A stretch of 64,000 bases of DNA from an uncultured Gammaproteobacteria bacterium (GTDB taxonomy: Bacteria; Pseudomonadota; Gammaproteobacteria; JABCZS01): assembly GCA_963848305.1 (NCBI GenBank), contig CAWKDC010000003.1, positions 1-64,000 on the forward strand, in the 5' to 3' direction. Made by a program: the position numbers and the translations under genes. Under the pieces are notes generated by a model. It was given only the letters and a program-made list of their open reading frames with translations. It was not told the origin of the DNA and searched no databases. Shown piece after piece: positions 23,499-34,760 of the stretch (positions are counted from its first letter, which is position 1; each line of letters begins with the position of its first letter).

Positions 23499-24561
23499 TA
23501 TCGTGATCACAGGTGGTGGCATGGTCGGCCATGCATTGCGCATTGCCTGCACGCAACTTGGTTTTTCTGTGTGTTTTGTGGATCCTAAACCTCAAGTCCA
23601 TTCATCAAGCAGTGACGGACGCGCAATGGCGTTGTCATACAGTTCTGTGCAATTACTGCGACAATTGGGCGTATGGGATGCATTATCATCGCACGCGACA
23701 CCGATTGAGCGTGTGCAAGTTTCTGCTGCCGGTCGATTGGGCACGATGTCGTGCTGTGCGCGTGATATCGATTTAGAATATTTAGGACAAATCGTGCCTG
23801 CACATGTATTGGGAAGCACTCTTGTAGGGGCGCAGCATGCTGCACCCTTGATATGCCCAATGCCTGCCCGCCTCCAACTCGTCTGCGACGGCACCGATTC
23901 TCCCACACGTGATGCCCTCCACATCCCTTTCATCGAAAAATCCGCAATCAAATCCGCGCTTGTCACCAATGTTTCAATCAACAAACCGCACGCCAATACT
24001 GCGTATCAACGCTTGATCCCCGGCGGTGTGTGCGCATTGTTGCCGCTGCATGATCATAAAATGACGATTGTTTTTTCAATGAACAATGAACACATCTCTG
24101 AATTAAATGCCTTAGATGATGCAACGCTTTCCCAAAAAATCAATGACCTTTGGGGCGGACGTTTTGGCAGCATGTCTGTGTCAGGACCACGTTTCATGTA
24201 TCCTTTGCGAGAAGTGTATGTGAAAAATCCCGTGAAAGATCGCGTGATATTGATGGGCAATGCTTCGCACACATTAAATCCTATTGCGGCGCAAGGGTTG
24301 AATTTAGCGTTTCGTGATATCGCTGTGTTGATCGATATTTTAAAAGATGCAAAAGCATTGGGTGTAGATTTGGGCGAATACGTGCCACCCATTTTTTTAT
24401 CACGCGCACAACCTACACATCAACGCATGCAACAAGTCACCGATGTATTGGTGAATGCATCTTATGCGCGCTATTTGTCACCCTTTCAAGGGTTCGGATT
24501 ATCTGTACTGCAGCATGTGCCGTTTGTGAAACAACAATGCGCAAAAATGTTTGCTTTCTGA
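23482..24561 (+). CDS. ubiH: UbiH/UbiI-family FAD monooxygenase
   Basis: GGGMVG, DGRAMALS, GNASHTLNPIAAQGLNLAFRD; pepP-ubiH synteny. Confidence 0.85.
   Translation: MNTPYDIVITGGGMVGHALRIACTQLGFSVCFVDPKPQVHSSSSDGRAMALSYSSVQLLRQLGVWDALSSHATPIERVQVSAAGRLGTMSCCARDIDLEYLGQIVPAHVLGSTLVGAQHAAPLICPMPARLQLVCDGTDSPTRDALHIPFIEKSAIKSALVTNVSINKPHANTAYQRLIPGGVCALLPLHDHKMTIVFSMNNEHISELNALDDATLSQKINDLWGGRFGSMSVSGPRFMYPLREVYVKNPVKDRVILMGNASHTLNPIAAQGLNLAFRDIAVLIDILKDAKALGVDLGEYVPPIFLSRAQPTHQRMQQVTDVLVNASYARYLSPFQGFGLSVLQHVPFVKQQCAKMFAF
23824..23850 (+). repeat. GTAG-family REP element inside ubiH
   Basis: GTAGGGGCGCAGCATGCTGCACCCTTG; related copies at 26201, 28943 and 61077. Confidence 0.75.
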
Positions 24562-24594
24562 TCTTGTCATCCAGTCAATCTCCAAGTGTGAGTC

Positions 24595-24623
24595 AAAAAA
24601 AACGCACCCGGAGGTGCGTTTTT
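24595..24623. terminator. Bidirectional terminator
   Basis: A-tract, CGCACC-CGGA-GGTGCG, T-tract between convergent genes. Confidence 0.85.
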
Positions 24624-24647
24624 GATAGCAATGACATGTTTATCACA

Positions 24648-26066
24648 TTACACTTTTAATTTCAGGGCTGTATTCGCCTTCATGTCATCCTTCGCACAGG
24701 TACCAGCGAGGACAAACCCTGCGCAGGCAACTGCGGCGAGTGCTTGGCCAACGATCTTGAGGTAGCCTTCAGCATTTTGATCCTGTGTGATCACATAGAA
24801 TCCCGCGCCCGAGATGGCTGCAAGTGCAAGCCATGCCCAGCTCCCTATCATATGTGACGAAGTATAACCCTGTTCGTCAGTCCTCATCTGACCGCCTTCA
24901 CGTCTGAACTCATCACGGCCTTCTTTTTGCATCTCGAAGAATTTCAAGAGGCCGCCGCCTATCATTAATGATCCAGACCAGATGATCACAGTTCTCATGA
25001 TTTCTAAGTAGCCTTTTGCTGCTTCTTGACTCGAAGAAGCATCAGTGTTAGCAAATTGTCCCATGCTTTCACCACTGTATAGCATCATGGCTAAGCCGGC
25101 CAATATCAGGGAAGCTGCAAGCCAGTTTTTCATGGCAACACTCGTGACGCTATCTTTATTTGTATCATACGTATTCTTGCTGAGATAGCATTCTTTCGTC
25201 TTGTCTGCATAGTGCATGTAGATAGACGCAGCAATCGCAGTAAATGGCGCGGCAATGAGATAACCAAAATTAAAGTCACTGCTGTCCATGAGATACATGG
25301 CTGTGGCTGAGCCAGCAAACGCTAAGCCAAATATCAGGGCGGCAGCCATGGCCATATCTGCTCTGTTTCCATATTTCTCTATGAGGGCATCATTATTTGC
25401 TGTCTGTTTCGATCCTGTCAGCAGTGTTTTTCTCAGTTCGCGGCTCTTGATAAAGGCTAGCGTACCAAACCCGAACGTCATGGCGGCACCCAAGCCTACC
25501 AAGATGACTTGTAACGCATCTTTGGCTTGTTGCTCAGCATCGGGTGCAGTCGCGTCCATGCCCGTTTTATCTGCCGCGTAAATCAAGAATGCGAAAGCAG
25601 CGAGACCGAAGAGGATATAGGTGGCTTTTTCGAAGGGATCTTTCTCAAATTTCTGAGCAACATATTGCTCTATGGCTCCAGCGCGGCCAGTAAAAAAAGG
25701 CTTATGTGACGTACTGCCGCTAGAGTCGCTGGCAGAGCCATAATTATAGTTATTGGTGATATTAACGACAGTTCCTCCACTTTCAGCAGCTGATGGGGCG
25801 GACGGCGGGGGTGCAAGAAAAGAAGAAGGTACTGGTGCGCTGCTAGAACTTGATGAGCTTGAAGAAAGCATATTGAATTGCTTCAAAACTTCATTAGGAA
25901 TGTATCTTCGCACATCTTTTTCTAGGATATACCATCCATGATTAGTATTGTCGTATTGGGCTTCAATGCCATTTTCCTTGATGACAGTCTGTTGATTGAA
26001 ATTCGTTGTAAGTGTGTATGTCGATCCATTATATTCATATGTAGTAGCAGGTGTAGCATTATACAT
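24648..26066 (-). CDS. orphan multi-TM protein with Ser/Pro-rich linker
   Basis: 472-aa ORF with ~8 hydrophobic helices. Confidence 0.75.
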   Translation of the reverse strand: MYNATPATTYEYNGSTYTLTTNFNQQTVIKENGIEAQYDNTNHGWYILEKDVRRYIPNEVLKQFNMLSSSSSSSSSAPVPSSFLAPPPSAPSAAESGGTVVNITNNYNYGSASDSSGSTSHKPFFTGRAGAIEQYVAQKFEKDPFEKATYILFGLAAFAFLIYAADKTGMDATAPDAEQQAKDALQVILVGLGAAMTFGFGTLAFIKSRELRKTLLTGSKQTANNDALIEKYGNRADMAMAAALIFGLAFAGSATAMYLMDSSDFNFGYLIAAPFTAIAASIYMHYADKTKECYLSKNTYDTNKDSVTSVAMKNWLAASLILAGLAMMLYSGESMGQFANTDASSSQEAAKGYLEIMRTVIIWSGSLMIGGGLLKFFEMQKEGRDEFRREGGQMRTDEQGYTSSHMIGSWAWLALAAISGAGFYVITQDQNAEGYLKIVGQALAAVACAGFVLAGTCAKDDMKANTALKLKV

Positions 26067-26200
26067 AACTCAGCCCTCAAATTTATTAACTGCCTCAGCA
26101 GCGGTATCGTTAAACTATCACCTACAACTCAGGGGTGTCAATACCTATCACCAAATATATTTATTAAAATGCGTTACAAAGATTCATCTGAGAGAGTGCT

Positions 26201-26228
26201 GTAGGGGTGCAGCATATTGCGCCCCTAC
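26201..26228. repeat. GTAG-family REP element
   Basis: GTAGGGGTGCAGCATATTGCGCCCCTAC. Confidence 0.8.
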
Positions 26229-26292
26229 ACCTTCAGATGACGGGGCAGGGATCCTATGCTATCTTTTTCTCACACAGAGAAGGACTTGCCAC

Positions 26293-27009
26293 ATGCTACG
26301 ACGCACTGTTTTGTTTGATACCCATTTATCTGCGCATGCGCACATGGCGCATTTTGCGGGATGGGAGATGCCGGCTCATTATGGATCAGTGGTGGAAGAG
26401 GCTCGCAGAGCCCAGCAGTCTGTTGGCATTGTTGATGTTTCTTACATGACCATTGTCGACATGGAAGGGCCTGATACGCTATCGTTTTTGAACGGATTGC
26501 TCACGCAAGATATTCGTTCGATTAGCCAACCCGGCGGAGCGATGTACAGCGATTTGTTAAACCCTATGGGGGAGGCTCTCGATCAGGTGCGCGTCTATTG
26601 TTTGTCCAAAAACCGTTATCGCATGGTGTCAAATGCGTCGACAAGGGAGATTGTTTGTGCATGGTTGCTGCTGCACATGGAGCAACGGCGTATCACCCTC
26701 ACTTTGCGGGATGAAAATGCGATGCTGCGGCTTCAGGGGCCACAAGCGCTTGGTTGTCTCAGCCAATGTTTGTCGTCGTCGCAAGCGGCAGTGTTGAACA
26801 CCTTGAAACCCATGAAAACATTGGCTGCCCAAGCGTTGTTTATTGCACGCACAGGTCACACAAATGGAATTGGTTTTGATATCATGCTGCCCGCGACGCA
26901 AGCTGTTGATTTTTGGCACCGCGCTGTAGCCGCAGGTGCAGTACCTTGTGGATTAAGTACGTTTTCCCATTTAACCAATATTTTAGAAGAGGAACAGTGT
27001 TATGAGTGA
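26293..27009 (+). CDS. gcvT: GcvT-like aminomethyltransferase, C-terminally short and divergent
   Basis: FAGWEMPAHYG, DVSYM, LQGPQA, GAVPCGL; upstream of gcvH. Confidence 0.8.
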   Translation: MLRRTVLFDTHLSAHAHMAHFAGWEMPAHYGSVVEEARRAQQSVGIVDVSYMTIVDMEGPDTLSFLNGLLTQDIRSISQPGGAMYSDLLNPMGEALDQVRVYCLSKNRYRMVSNASTREIVCAWLLLHMEQRRITLTLRDENAMLRLQGPQALGCLSQCLSSSQAAVLNTLKPMKTLAAQALFIARTGHTNGIGFDIMLPATQAVDFWHRAVAAGAVPCGLSTFSHLTNILEEEQCYE

Positions 27010-27397
27010 ACTGCCTGCCGATTTAATGTATACCAAATCCCACGCATGGGTGCGTGATGAAGGGGATGACGTTTTCACCGTGGGGATTACCGATATTGCT
27101 CAGGGGTTATTGGGGGATTTGGTCTTTGTGGAATTGCCTTCTATTGGTGACGCGATAGAGCAGGGGGATGAGTGCGGGGTGGTCGAGTCGGTGAAGGCCG
27201 CATCGGATGTGTATGCGCCGCTTGATGGCGACATTGATGCAGTTAACATGATTTTAATCCATCAGCCCGAGCATGTGAACACTGATCCCTACGAAACAGG
27301 TTGGTTGTATCGCATTCACGCGAGTGATCCGTCGCAGTTCAAACATTTGTTGACAGCAGATGAGTATGCGGAAATCATAGAAGAGATACTGGTATGA
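27002..27397 (+). CDS. gcvH: glycine cleavage system H protein
   Basis: VGITDIAQGLLGDLVFVELP, lipoyl-Lys motif ESVKAASDVYAP. Confidence 0.96.
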   Translation: MSELPADLMYTKSHAWVRDEGDDVFTVGITDIAQGLLGDLVFVELPSIGDAIEQGDECGVVESVKAASDVYAPLDGDIDAVNMILIHQPEHVNTDPYETGWLYRIHASDPSQFKHLLTADEYAEIIEEILV

Positions 27398-27521
27398 TTT
27401 GGGGCGTGTGACAACCCCAGGCTCATGCTTCGTCTGTAAGGGCGAAGGTTGTGACCTCCTTGCATTTTTATCCAATATATGCGAATGTACCCAACCCGCT
27501 CAACCATCTCAGGAGCTTTTT

Positions 27522-28935
27522 GTGGATTATATTGTTAATTTTGTCGATTTCCTTGCCAGCTGGGCTCGCAGCTATCCATTCATTTTATTGTTGATAGGCT
27601 CTGCTATTTATATCACCTTTCGTTTGCGTGGTATTCAATTCCACAAAGCGGGCTTGGCGTTTCATTACTTGGTGCGTCGCTCTGATGACCAACAAGGTCG
27701 TGGGGAAGTCAGCAATTTTGGTGCCATGGCAACCGTGTTGTCAGGCACGATAGGCACAGGGAACATTGCAGGGGTTGCGACGGCGATCACGCTTGGCGGC
27801 CCAGGCGCTGTATTTTGGATGTGGGTAACGGCTTTATTTGGCATGGCGTTGAAATACGCCTGTTGTTTATTGGGTCATCATTTCCGTCGCGTCGATGCCC
27901 ATGGCGAAATTGCCGGCGGTCCAATGTATACCCTCAAATATGGGTTGAACATGCCAAAAACCGGTGCTTTCTTTGCCATTGCCACATTATTGGCAGCAGC
28001 GACAACGGGCGGCATGGTGCAAGCACATTCTGTGGTTGATGGGATTATTTATGTGATGCCTGCTTTTGAAGAGTGGCGGATTGTCATTGCCTTACTGATT
28101 GCATTCTTTGTGGGTGTGGTGATTTTGGGTGGTGTGCAACGCATTGCGACGGTAGCAACAGTCGTTGTGCCCTTCATGGCCATTGCCTATTGCGGCGCAG
28201 CACTCGTGATTTTATTGATGAATGTCGCCAAAATCCCCCACGCTTTGATGATGATTTTTGATTATGCCCTCAATCCTTGGTCAGCAGGCAGCGGCATGCT
28301 GGGCGCGGCCATTCAATTTGGTGTGTTACGTGCGTTATTTGCCAGTGAAGCGGGGCTCGGCACTGCGCCAATTGCCTTGGCTGCAACCAAAACCAACTAT
28401 TCCGTTCGTGCGGGTTTAATCGGCATGATTGGCCCCTGGTTTGATACCATGTTGATTTGCACCATGACAGCCTTGGTGATCATCATCGCAGGCTTCCATG
28501 GCGATGGTACACCAGCTGGGCTCGTGGGGGCAGGTTTGTCTGCGGCTGCTTTTGAGCAAGGCTTGGCCAATGCTTTTGGTTCCACGGCAGGGGCATTTGG
28601 GGCGATTGTGGTCGGTGCAGGCTTGATATTTTTCGCCTACACGACGATGATTGCCTGGGCTTATTATGGTGATCGCGCCATTCAGTTTTTATTGAGCCAA
28701 ATCGGTCACGCCTTTCCGTTTGGCTTTTGTGGTATTAACCATGATTGGTGCTATCAGCTCCTTGGATCTGGTCTGGGCATTGGCGGATATTTCCAATGTA
28801 TTGATGGCCTTGCCCAATATGTTGAGTTTAATTTTACTCGCCGGTATGGTGAAGAAGGCCACGGATGACTACTTTGCGGATAAGCTGCATGTGGTGCCAG
28901 AGAAAGAGTGCGTGGATCCGCCCGCAGAGGTGTGA
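27522..28935 (+). CDS. alanine/glycine:cation symporter (AGCS family), frameshift ~28700
   Basis: GTGNIAGVATAI, GGPGAVFWMW, SEAGLGTAP, DTMLICTMT, LMALPN. Confidence 0.92.
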
Positions 28936-28942
28936 TTCTATT

Positions 28943-28978
28943 GTAGGGGCGCAGGTTGTCCTCACTTGCGCCCCCCTA
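28943..28978. repeat. GTAG-family REP element
   Basis: GTAGGGGCGCAGG...CTTGCGCCCCCCTA. Confidence 0.7.
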
Positions 28979-29026
28979 TTATTCCTGCTAAGCTTTATAA
29001 GATACACAACTAAAAAAAGGAAGCTT

Positions 29027-29659
29027 ATGCATAAGATTGACCCTGAGCGCTTAAACGCGCAACTCGCTTTTTTCAGAGAAGCCGATAAACTCAAAAGTAT
29101 ATTCCGCCAAACCCGCATTCTTGATAACTCCCGATTTGAAAATGATGCAGAACACTCCTGGCACTTGGCCATGATGGTGCTCACTTTCAAAGAATATGCT
29201 GTGACACCTGATCTTGACGTCGGAAAAGTGTTGAAGCTTGTGATCTTGCATGATGTCGTTGAAATTGACGCCGGGGATGTTTATACGTATTCTCATTTTG
29301 ATCCACAGGAAAAATATAATAAAGAGCTCGCCGCAGCCATCCGTATTTTTGGATTATTGCCCACGGATTTGGAACAGGAAATGTTATCGTTGTGGCACGA
29401 ATATGAAGACAAAAAAACACCCGAGTCTTTATTTGCCACTACAATCGATAAATTGCAACCCTTTTTACATAACTATTATGTTGATCATGCTTCATGGCGT
29501 TTGCATGATGTGCCTAAACACCGCGTCCTTGAAAAAATGTCAGTGATCGAAAAAGGAGCCCCAGCCCTGTGGGAATATGTGAAAGCATTGGTTGAAGAAG
29601 CGGATAGAGATGGATTGTTTGCTGACAGTCTGTCACGTCAATTCCAAATCGCACAATGA
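29027..29659 (+). CDS. HD-domain hydrolase (HD_3/YfbR-like)
   Basis: ENDAEHSWH, LHDVVEIDAGD, DKLQP. Confidence 0.92.
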   Translation: MHKIDPERLNAQLAFFREADKLKSIFRQTRILDNSRFENDAEHSWHLAMMVLTFKEYAVTPDLDVGKVLKLVILHDVVEIDAGDVYTYSHFDPQEKYNKELAAAIRIFGLLPTDLEQEMLSLWHEYEDKKTPESLFATTIDKLQPFLHNYYVDHASWRLHDVPKHRVLEKMSVIEKGAPALWEYVKALVEEADRDGLFADSLSRQFQIAQ

Positions 29660-32600
29660 TTATTTGCACATTGCACCTTTTGCGATATGCTCACCCAATT
29701 TCGCGGTTTCAGCGGGATTTTGTTGTTGTGCTCCCAGTTTATCAGGAGTGACTGTCACCACAATGTTATCACTGTTTGGATCTTGACTGCTGGGCACGGT
29801 CACCACTGTTTCAGTATTGCCGTTATTCAAATCAAGATCGGGAGGCGTTGGGTTACTGTTATTCAATAATGACTGTGTCGATGTCACTGCTGAATTGGAA
29901 GGCGGTGTTGGAGGAGGGGGTGGTGGCGATGCAAAGTTGATGATACAAGCGCTACCGCAGAAGCTGAGTGACGTGAATTGAAATGAAGTATTATTTTGTT
30001 GCCACAATCCATTCAATGGGCTGGTGAGCGAGGAAGAAGGCGAACCGACAATCGCACCACCAAAGTTAGGTACGCCCGTACCAGCATAGATACCTGGTAC
30101 AGATCCCCCATAACTTGTTGTTGAGTAATAAACGGGTGCAGACACTGTTCCTGAGTTACCACTGATGATGGCTCCAAAGCCGGGACTAGGTGAACCATTG
30201 TTTGTGAGGGTGCCCGCTGCCAACGCATTGCTGATACTACCATTGTTGAAACCAATCAGGCCCCCGATTTCAGATGCGCCGGCACCTTGTGCAATGACAT
30301 TGCCAGCAAACATGACATTGTTGATAGTGCCACTATTGCTGCCGACCAGTCCTCCGCCCAAATTCGTTATTTGAACGGTCGCATTGCTGAAGGCTTGGGA
30401 CAATGTGCCACTATTATTGCCGACAATACCACCGATCGAGCTTGAGCCACTCACACTGGGGCTGGCAGGTGTAGTGCTATAGAGTGCAATGTTGGTCATC
30501 GTGGTTGAAAAATTAGTGGTTCCGACAATGCCCCCTACATCACTGAAGCCACTCACGGTGAGATTAGTACCTGTCAAATTGTTCAGTGTAGAATTAAATG
30601 CAAATCCAACGATACCGCCAACGTCTGAATTCCCGCCGCCGTTGATGATAGAGTTGGTGAGCGTGACATCACTGATGGTTGCCCCATCAATCTGTCCGAA
30701 TAAACCGGTACCTGCCGTATTGGCAGCGACATTCAAATCGTTGATGGTAAATCCATTACCGAGAAAGTTACCGGTGAAATTGCTTAAGGCTCCAATCGGT
30801 GTAAAGCTGCCCAATAAGCTGCCATCAATATTTTGAGCGAGGACATAGTTGCCTCCCAAGTTGGCCGCGTTGATATTACTTAATTGACGTCCGCCCACCC
30901 CACTGTAAACCAGCGAGTACGCATTGGCTGTAGCGGAAGGATTGATGTCGGCAATGTCTGAATCGTTGGTACCAAAGACGGATGGGTTATAGTAGATTTG
31001 CAATGGGTTTCCACCTGCAATGGCTTGTGTGACACCCCCATTGAGCACCATCGTGCCAGCACCGGTATTTTGGCGACCAGTCCATAAGGTGATTTGCCCC
31101 GTGCCGCTGCCTGTGATGACATTGTTATAGTTCATCACAATATTATTCGATGCGTAGACATTGAAAGCATTGTTGCCGACACTCACGGTATCAGTGTTGT
31201 TGTTGAAAGTGATGTTACCGGCATCAGTCCCTGGGCAACCACCGCTTCCACCACAAGTATCCAATGTGACATTGGTCGTCGCCAGTTGTGAGGAGAGTGT
31301 GAGAGCCCCAATGGTTGAAGTGCCACTTGGAACGAATGTTGTTCCACTGAAGCTACCATTCGTGACACCTGAACCATTCACGACAGTGATATCCCAAGGG
31401 TCTAATAACCAGTTACCTGTTAAGCCATGGAGGGCTGACGTATTGACTTGAATGCCAGTCACATTCAACTGATCTCCAGATGTTTCAATCAAACCTCCAT
31501 TGCCGGATAAAACACCGCCCATGGCAGAGATTTTGCCATAGATATTGCTCAGCGCATCAGACCAGAATACGACATGTCCACCATTACCGGATTGTAATGC
31601 GCCCGCATCGATGCTGGCACCAGAGTCCATCGTCACCGTTTGTGCATGGGCCAGATGGGCCAGTGCCTTGATAGGCCGCCGCCGATTTCAACTGTACCAC
31701 CACCCGAATAACCTGTTGCATTGATCACACTATTGTTATTTAAGATAATCTGATCAGCGCTGACTTGAACCAAACCGCCAGTGAGACCCTTTTGGATGCC
31801 TGAAACATCCATGAGACCTGACATGTTCACTGTGGTGCCCATGCTACCTTGCAGAATAATTTTACCATCGTGTTGAGCCACACTTTGCGCGGAAATAATA
31901 CCAGACGTATTGATGGTGTTTTCAAGCAATGCACCAGCCGCCGCCGCCGTGAGCAAAACAGTACCGCCACGGTCGAAGATGGCGCCTGTATTATTGACCA
32001 AGAAACCATTTGACGAGACATCAAAGTTGATTAAACCATCCCCATATAAATCGAGTGTGAAAGCATTGCCTGCGCCGAGGATCACTTTGCCCAGTGTTGC
32101 ATTGATCACGCCATTGTTTTCAACAGTGGGTGCGACCAAGGCCGCAAGGCCATATTTAGCAACAGTGATAACGCCATCATTGATGACATAGGAGTTGGCA
32201 GGCGCTGCCATGAAATGGTAATTGCCATTCATGAAGTTATTGTTAGAGATATTGGCTGTTGAAGCCAGCAAGCCGCCGACATCAACGTGAGAGCCTTTAC
32301 CAAAGACAATACCGTTAGGATTCATGATAAAGACTTGGCCATTTGATAAAAGGGTGCCCATAATGAGGGAAGTGTTGTTGCCTGTGACACGGTTTAGCGT
32401 GATGGCACTGGCAGAAGGGTCGATGAACTGGGTAGTATGACCTTTGCCAATTGAAAAGCTGTTCCAGTCAATCACAGCTTTATCAGTGCTCTGGCGTATG
32501 GTGGTCATGTTGCCGGTGTTATTGATGACGGCGCCGCCTTGGGTGACGTTGCCACCTCTGGGGTTACCGGTGTTACTTGGGGCGCTGGCTAAAAGGGGAG

Positions 32601-32697
32601 AGGCGGCCAATAAAAGGCATATAGAGGCACCGCGCCTGATAAGGCTAAACTGGATGTCGTTGATACGGCGACTATTTTGACTGCTTCTGAACAACAC
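29660..32697 (-). CDS. filamentous haemagglutinin/TpsA-like secreted protein with GLUG-like repeats, frameshift ~31640-31690
   Basis: AVIDWNSFSIG, NPNGIVFG, GGLIETSG, WLLDP, repeated VGGIVG. Confidence 0.9.
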
Positions 32698-32795
32698 GGT
32701 ACACCTTCTTTAATATACGTATGCAGATGACTCAATATAAGTATAGACGTGATTTTAGAATAGGCAAGATGGTAAAATTCATGCAAAAGAAGGAG

Positions 32796-33167
32796 TTACA
32801 AAACGATAAGCCCAGCAGATACCTTCCGACCCTCATTTACCAAGAGGTTGTACGTCTTAGCGGCAGATGCGGTTGTCATGGTTTCCACCCCAATATGCTG
32901 TTGCCAGCAGAGGGCCAGCAGGTCTGGGGGTAGCCTGAGTGAGGCGTTGCCAGTGCCAATGATGATGATATCAGGGTTGGATGTCAGCAAGAGGGCGAGG
33001 GTGGATGCTGTTAAGTCATTGAAAGCAGGAACTGGCCAATCAGCCAATACCTCATCGACGTCGATCATCACGCTGCGTTTATATAAAGTGTCATTGATCA
33101 ATACGCCCTGTTCATCAACACGGCGGATGACATACTTTTGGTGAAAAGGTTCTTCAGAAAATTGCAT
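32796..33167 (-). CDS. Mth938-like (DUF498) protein
   Basis: PDIIIIGTG, IGVETMTTASAAKTYNLLVNEGRKV. Confidence 0.92.
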   Translation of the reverse strand: MQFSEEPFHQKYVIRRVDEQGVLINDTLYKRSVMIDVDEVLADWPVPAFNDLTASTLALLLTSNPDIIIIGTGNASLRLPPDLLALCWQQHIGVETMTTASAAKTYNLLVNEGRKVSAGLIVL

Positions 33168-33553
33168 TAATCCACCGATTGTAATTTAACATAAGCCTTT
33201 TCAAAAGCATGAATATAGTGCTCCTTAATGCGTGTGAAAATTTGCTGTGCAAGCATTTCATGATAAGTGTGAGTTGTCATGTTTCTATCGTTTAATAAAT
33301 CAATCCACACATCTTCATTATCAATGAAGCCTGCTTCAAATGCGAATGAAAAAGCAGTTTTTGGGCTGCCGATCATGACCCCTTGTGATTGTCCTATCTT
33401 CTGAAATGTTTTCCAAAAAACTTCGAATGTGAATTCAAATGCTTGTATACAAGCTGCTTGTGTATAGTCCGCTTGAATGCTGACAGCGATATCCATAAAC
33501 TTTTTTAATTTAATGAGTGTTTTTTGGCAATTTTCCAGAGATTGCTTGTTCAT
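33167..33553 (-). CDS. HI0074-family HEPN protein
   Basis: IQAFEFTFE, SPK, DRNMTTHTY (RxxxxH). Confidence 0.9.
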   Translation of the reverse strand: MNKQSLENCQKTLIKLKKFMDIAVSIQADYTQAACIQAFEFTFEVFWKTFQKIGQSQGVMIGSPKTAFSFAFEAGFIDNEDVWIDLLNDRNMTTHTYHEMLAQQIFTRIKEHYIHAFEKAYVKLQSVD

Positions 33554-33557
33554 ATAT

Positions 33558-33866
33558 TTATTCCTTTTGATAAATAGTAATACCTTCCTCGCGAATTTTT
33601 TTGATGAATTCATCTGATACTTCATTCAAATTAACCAAATCAAACGACAGCAATGTAGGTGCATTTTCTTTAACATCCAAACAAAAGCGACCCCAATGTT
33701 TTTGATATTGGCCTGCATTAAAGTTGAATGCTAAATCATAATCAGATGTTTGTCTAGCATTGCCTCGTGCCCGTGAGCCGAATAATATAATTTCATCCGG
33801 ATGTAAATGTTCATTTGCAAGTTTGATTACAAAATCAAACACTTTTTGAGTTGAGCGATCAATCAT
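33558..33866 (-). CDS. minimal nucleotidyltransferase (MNT)
   Basis: LFGSRARG...SDYDLA. Confidence 0.92.
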   Translation of the reverse strand: MIDRSTQKVFDFVIKLANEHLHPDEIILFGSRARGNARQTSDYDLAFNFNAGQYQKHWGRFCLDVKENAPTLLSFDLVNLNEVSDEFIKKIREEGITIYQKE

Positions 33867-33947
33867 GAAGACACCAGATGTTTTGCATAAAATTCAAACC
33901 AGTACTAATGTTATATGAAGACCGACCTCATCACGCAAGGAACGCGT

Positions 33948-34760
33948 ATGTCCCATATTACATGGATTATTCCCGACCTCCCCATGCTTGATAAGCATAC
34001 CACAGATTTTCCGCAGGATATTCCAACTGCACTTTTTCATCATTTGGGCGGTGAAGGGGAGTTGCCTCGCGCCGCGCTGCTTGCGTTGCACCATGAATTG
34101 CCGCCAGCGAATGCATGGGTGCTGTGTGAACCGGTTGAATGCATGGCATCGAAAAAGGATGTTGTTTGCCTGGGCAACGCACATCTGACCGTCACCCTGG
34201 ACACGGCGCGAGCATGGGTCGCCAAATTCAATGACTATTGGGCAGGGACCGGCAGGGTGATGTATCTCATTTCACCTTTGCAATGGCTATTGGCCTTGCC
34301 TGAACCGCTGTCATATCATGCACAGCCCCTGCGTAACATTCTGAATCAACCCATTCCCAAACAATTGCCCCTGTTGTTTTCAGAAGCGCAAATGCTGATG
34401 CAAGGTAATACACTCAATGCATTGTGGTTGTCGGGTGAAGGCGAATTACCCGTGTTTGATAAAAGACCAGACTTACATGTCATGACCAACCATCTTGAAG
34501 CGATAGCGCTCACACGCAGTGTGATGGGACATGTGGTGCCATTTTGTCAAACCTTCGACGATTTTTGGACGCATTATGGTAAGAGTCAAGATGAATGGAT
34601 CATCGCATTGTCCGCTGAAAGTTTGGGCGCAAAAGATGAAGATGAATATGTGTCGATGTTTGAACAACATTGGTTGAAAAGTTATTTGATGCATGCGAAA
34701 ATGCCGCATGACAGAAATGATTCGAAGACGCGATCCACAAACACCGCCACTGACGGATAG
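33948..34760 (+). CDS. conserved protein upstream of recJ (phosphoglycerate-mutase-like family)
   Basis: WVLCEPV, LFSEAQMLM, NALWLSGEG; synteny. Confidence 0.6.
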   Translation: MSHITWIIPDLPMLDKHTTDFPQDIPTALFHHLGGEGELPRAALLALHHELPPANAWVLCEPVECMASKKDVVCLGNAHLTVTLDTARAWVAKFNDYWAGTGRVMYLISPLQWLLALPEPLSYHAQPLRNILNQPIPKQLPLLFSEAQMLMQGNTLNALWLSGEGELPVFDKRPDLHVMTNHLEAIALTRSVMGHVVPFCQTFDDFWTHYGKSQDEWIIALSAESLGAKDEDEYVSMFEQHWLKSYLMHAKMPHDRNDSKTRSTNTATDG

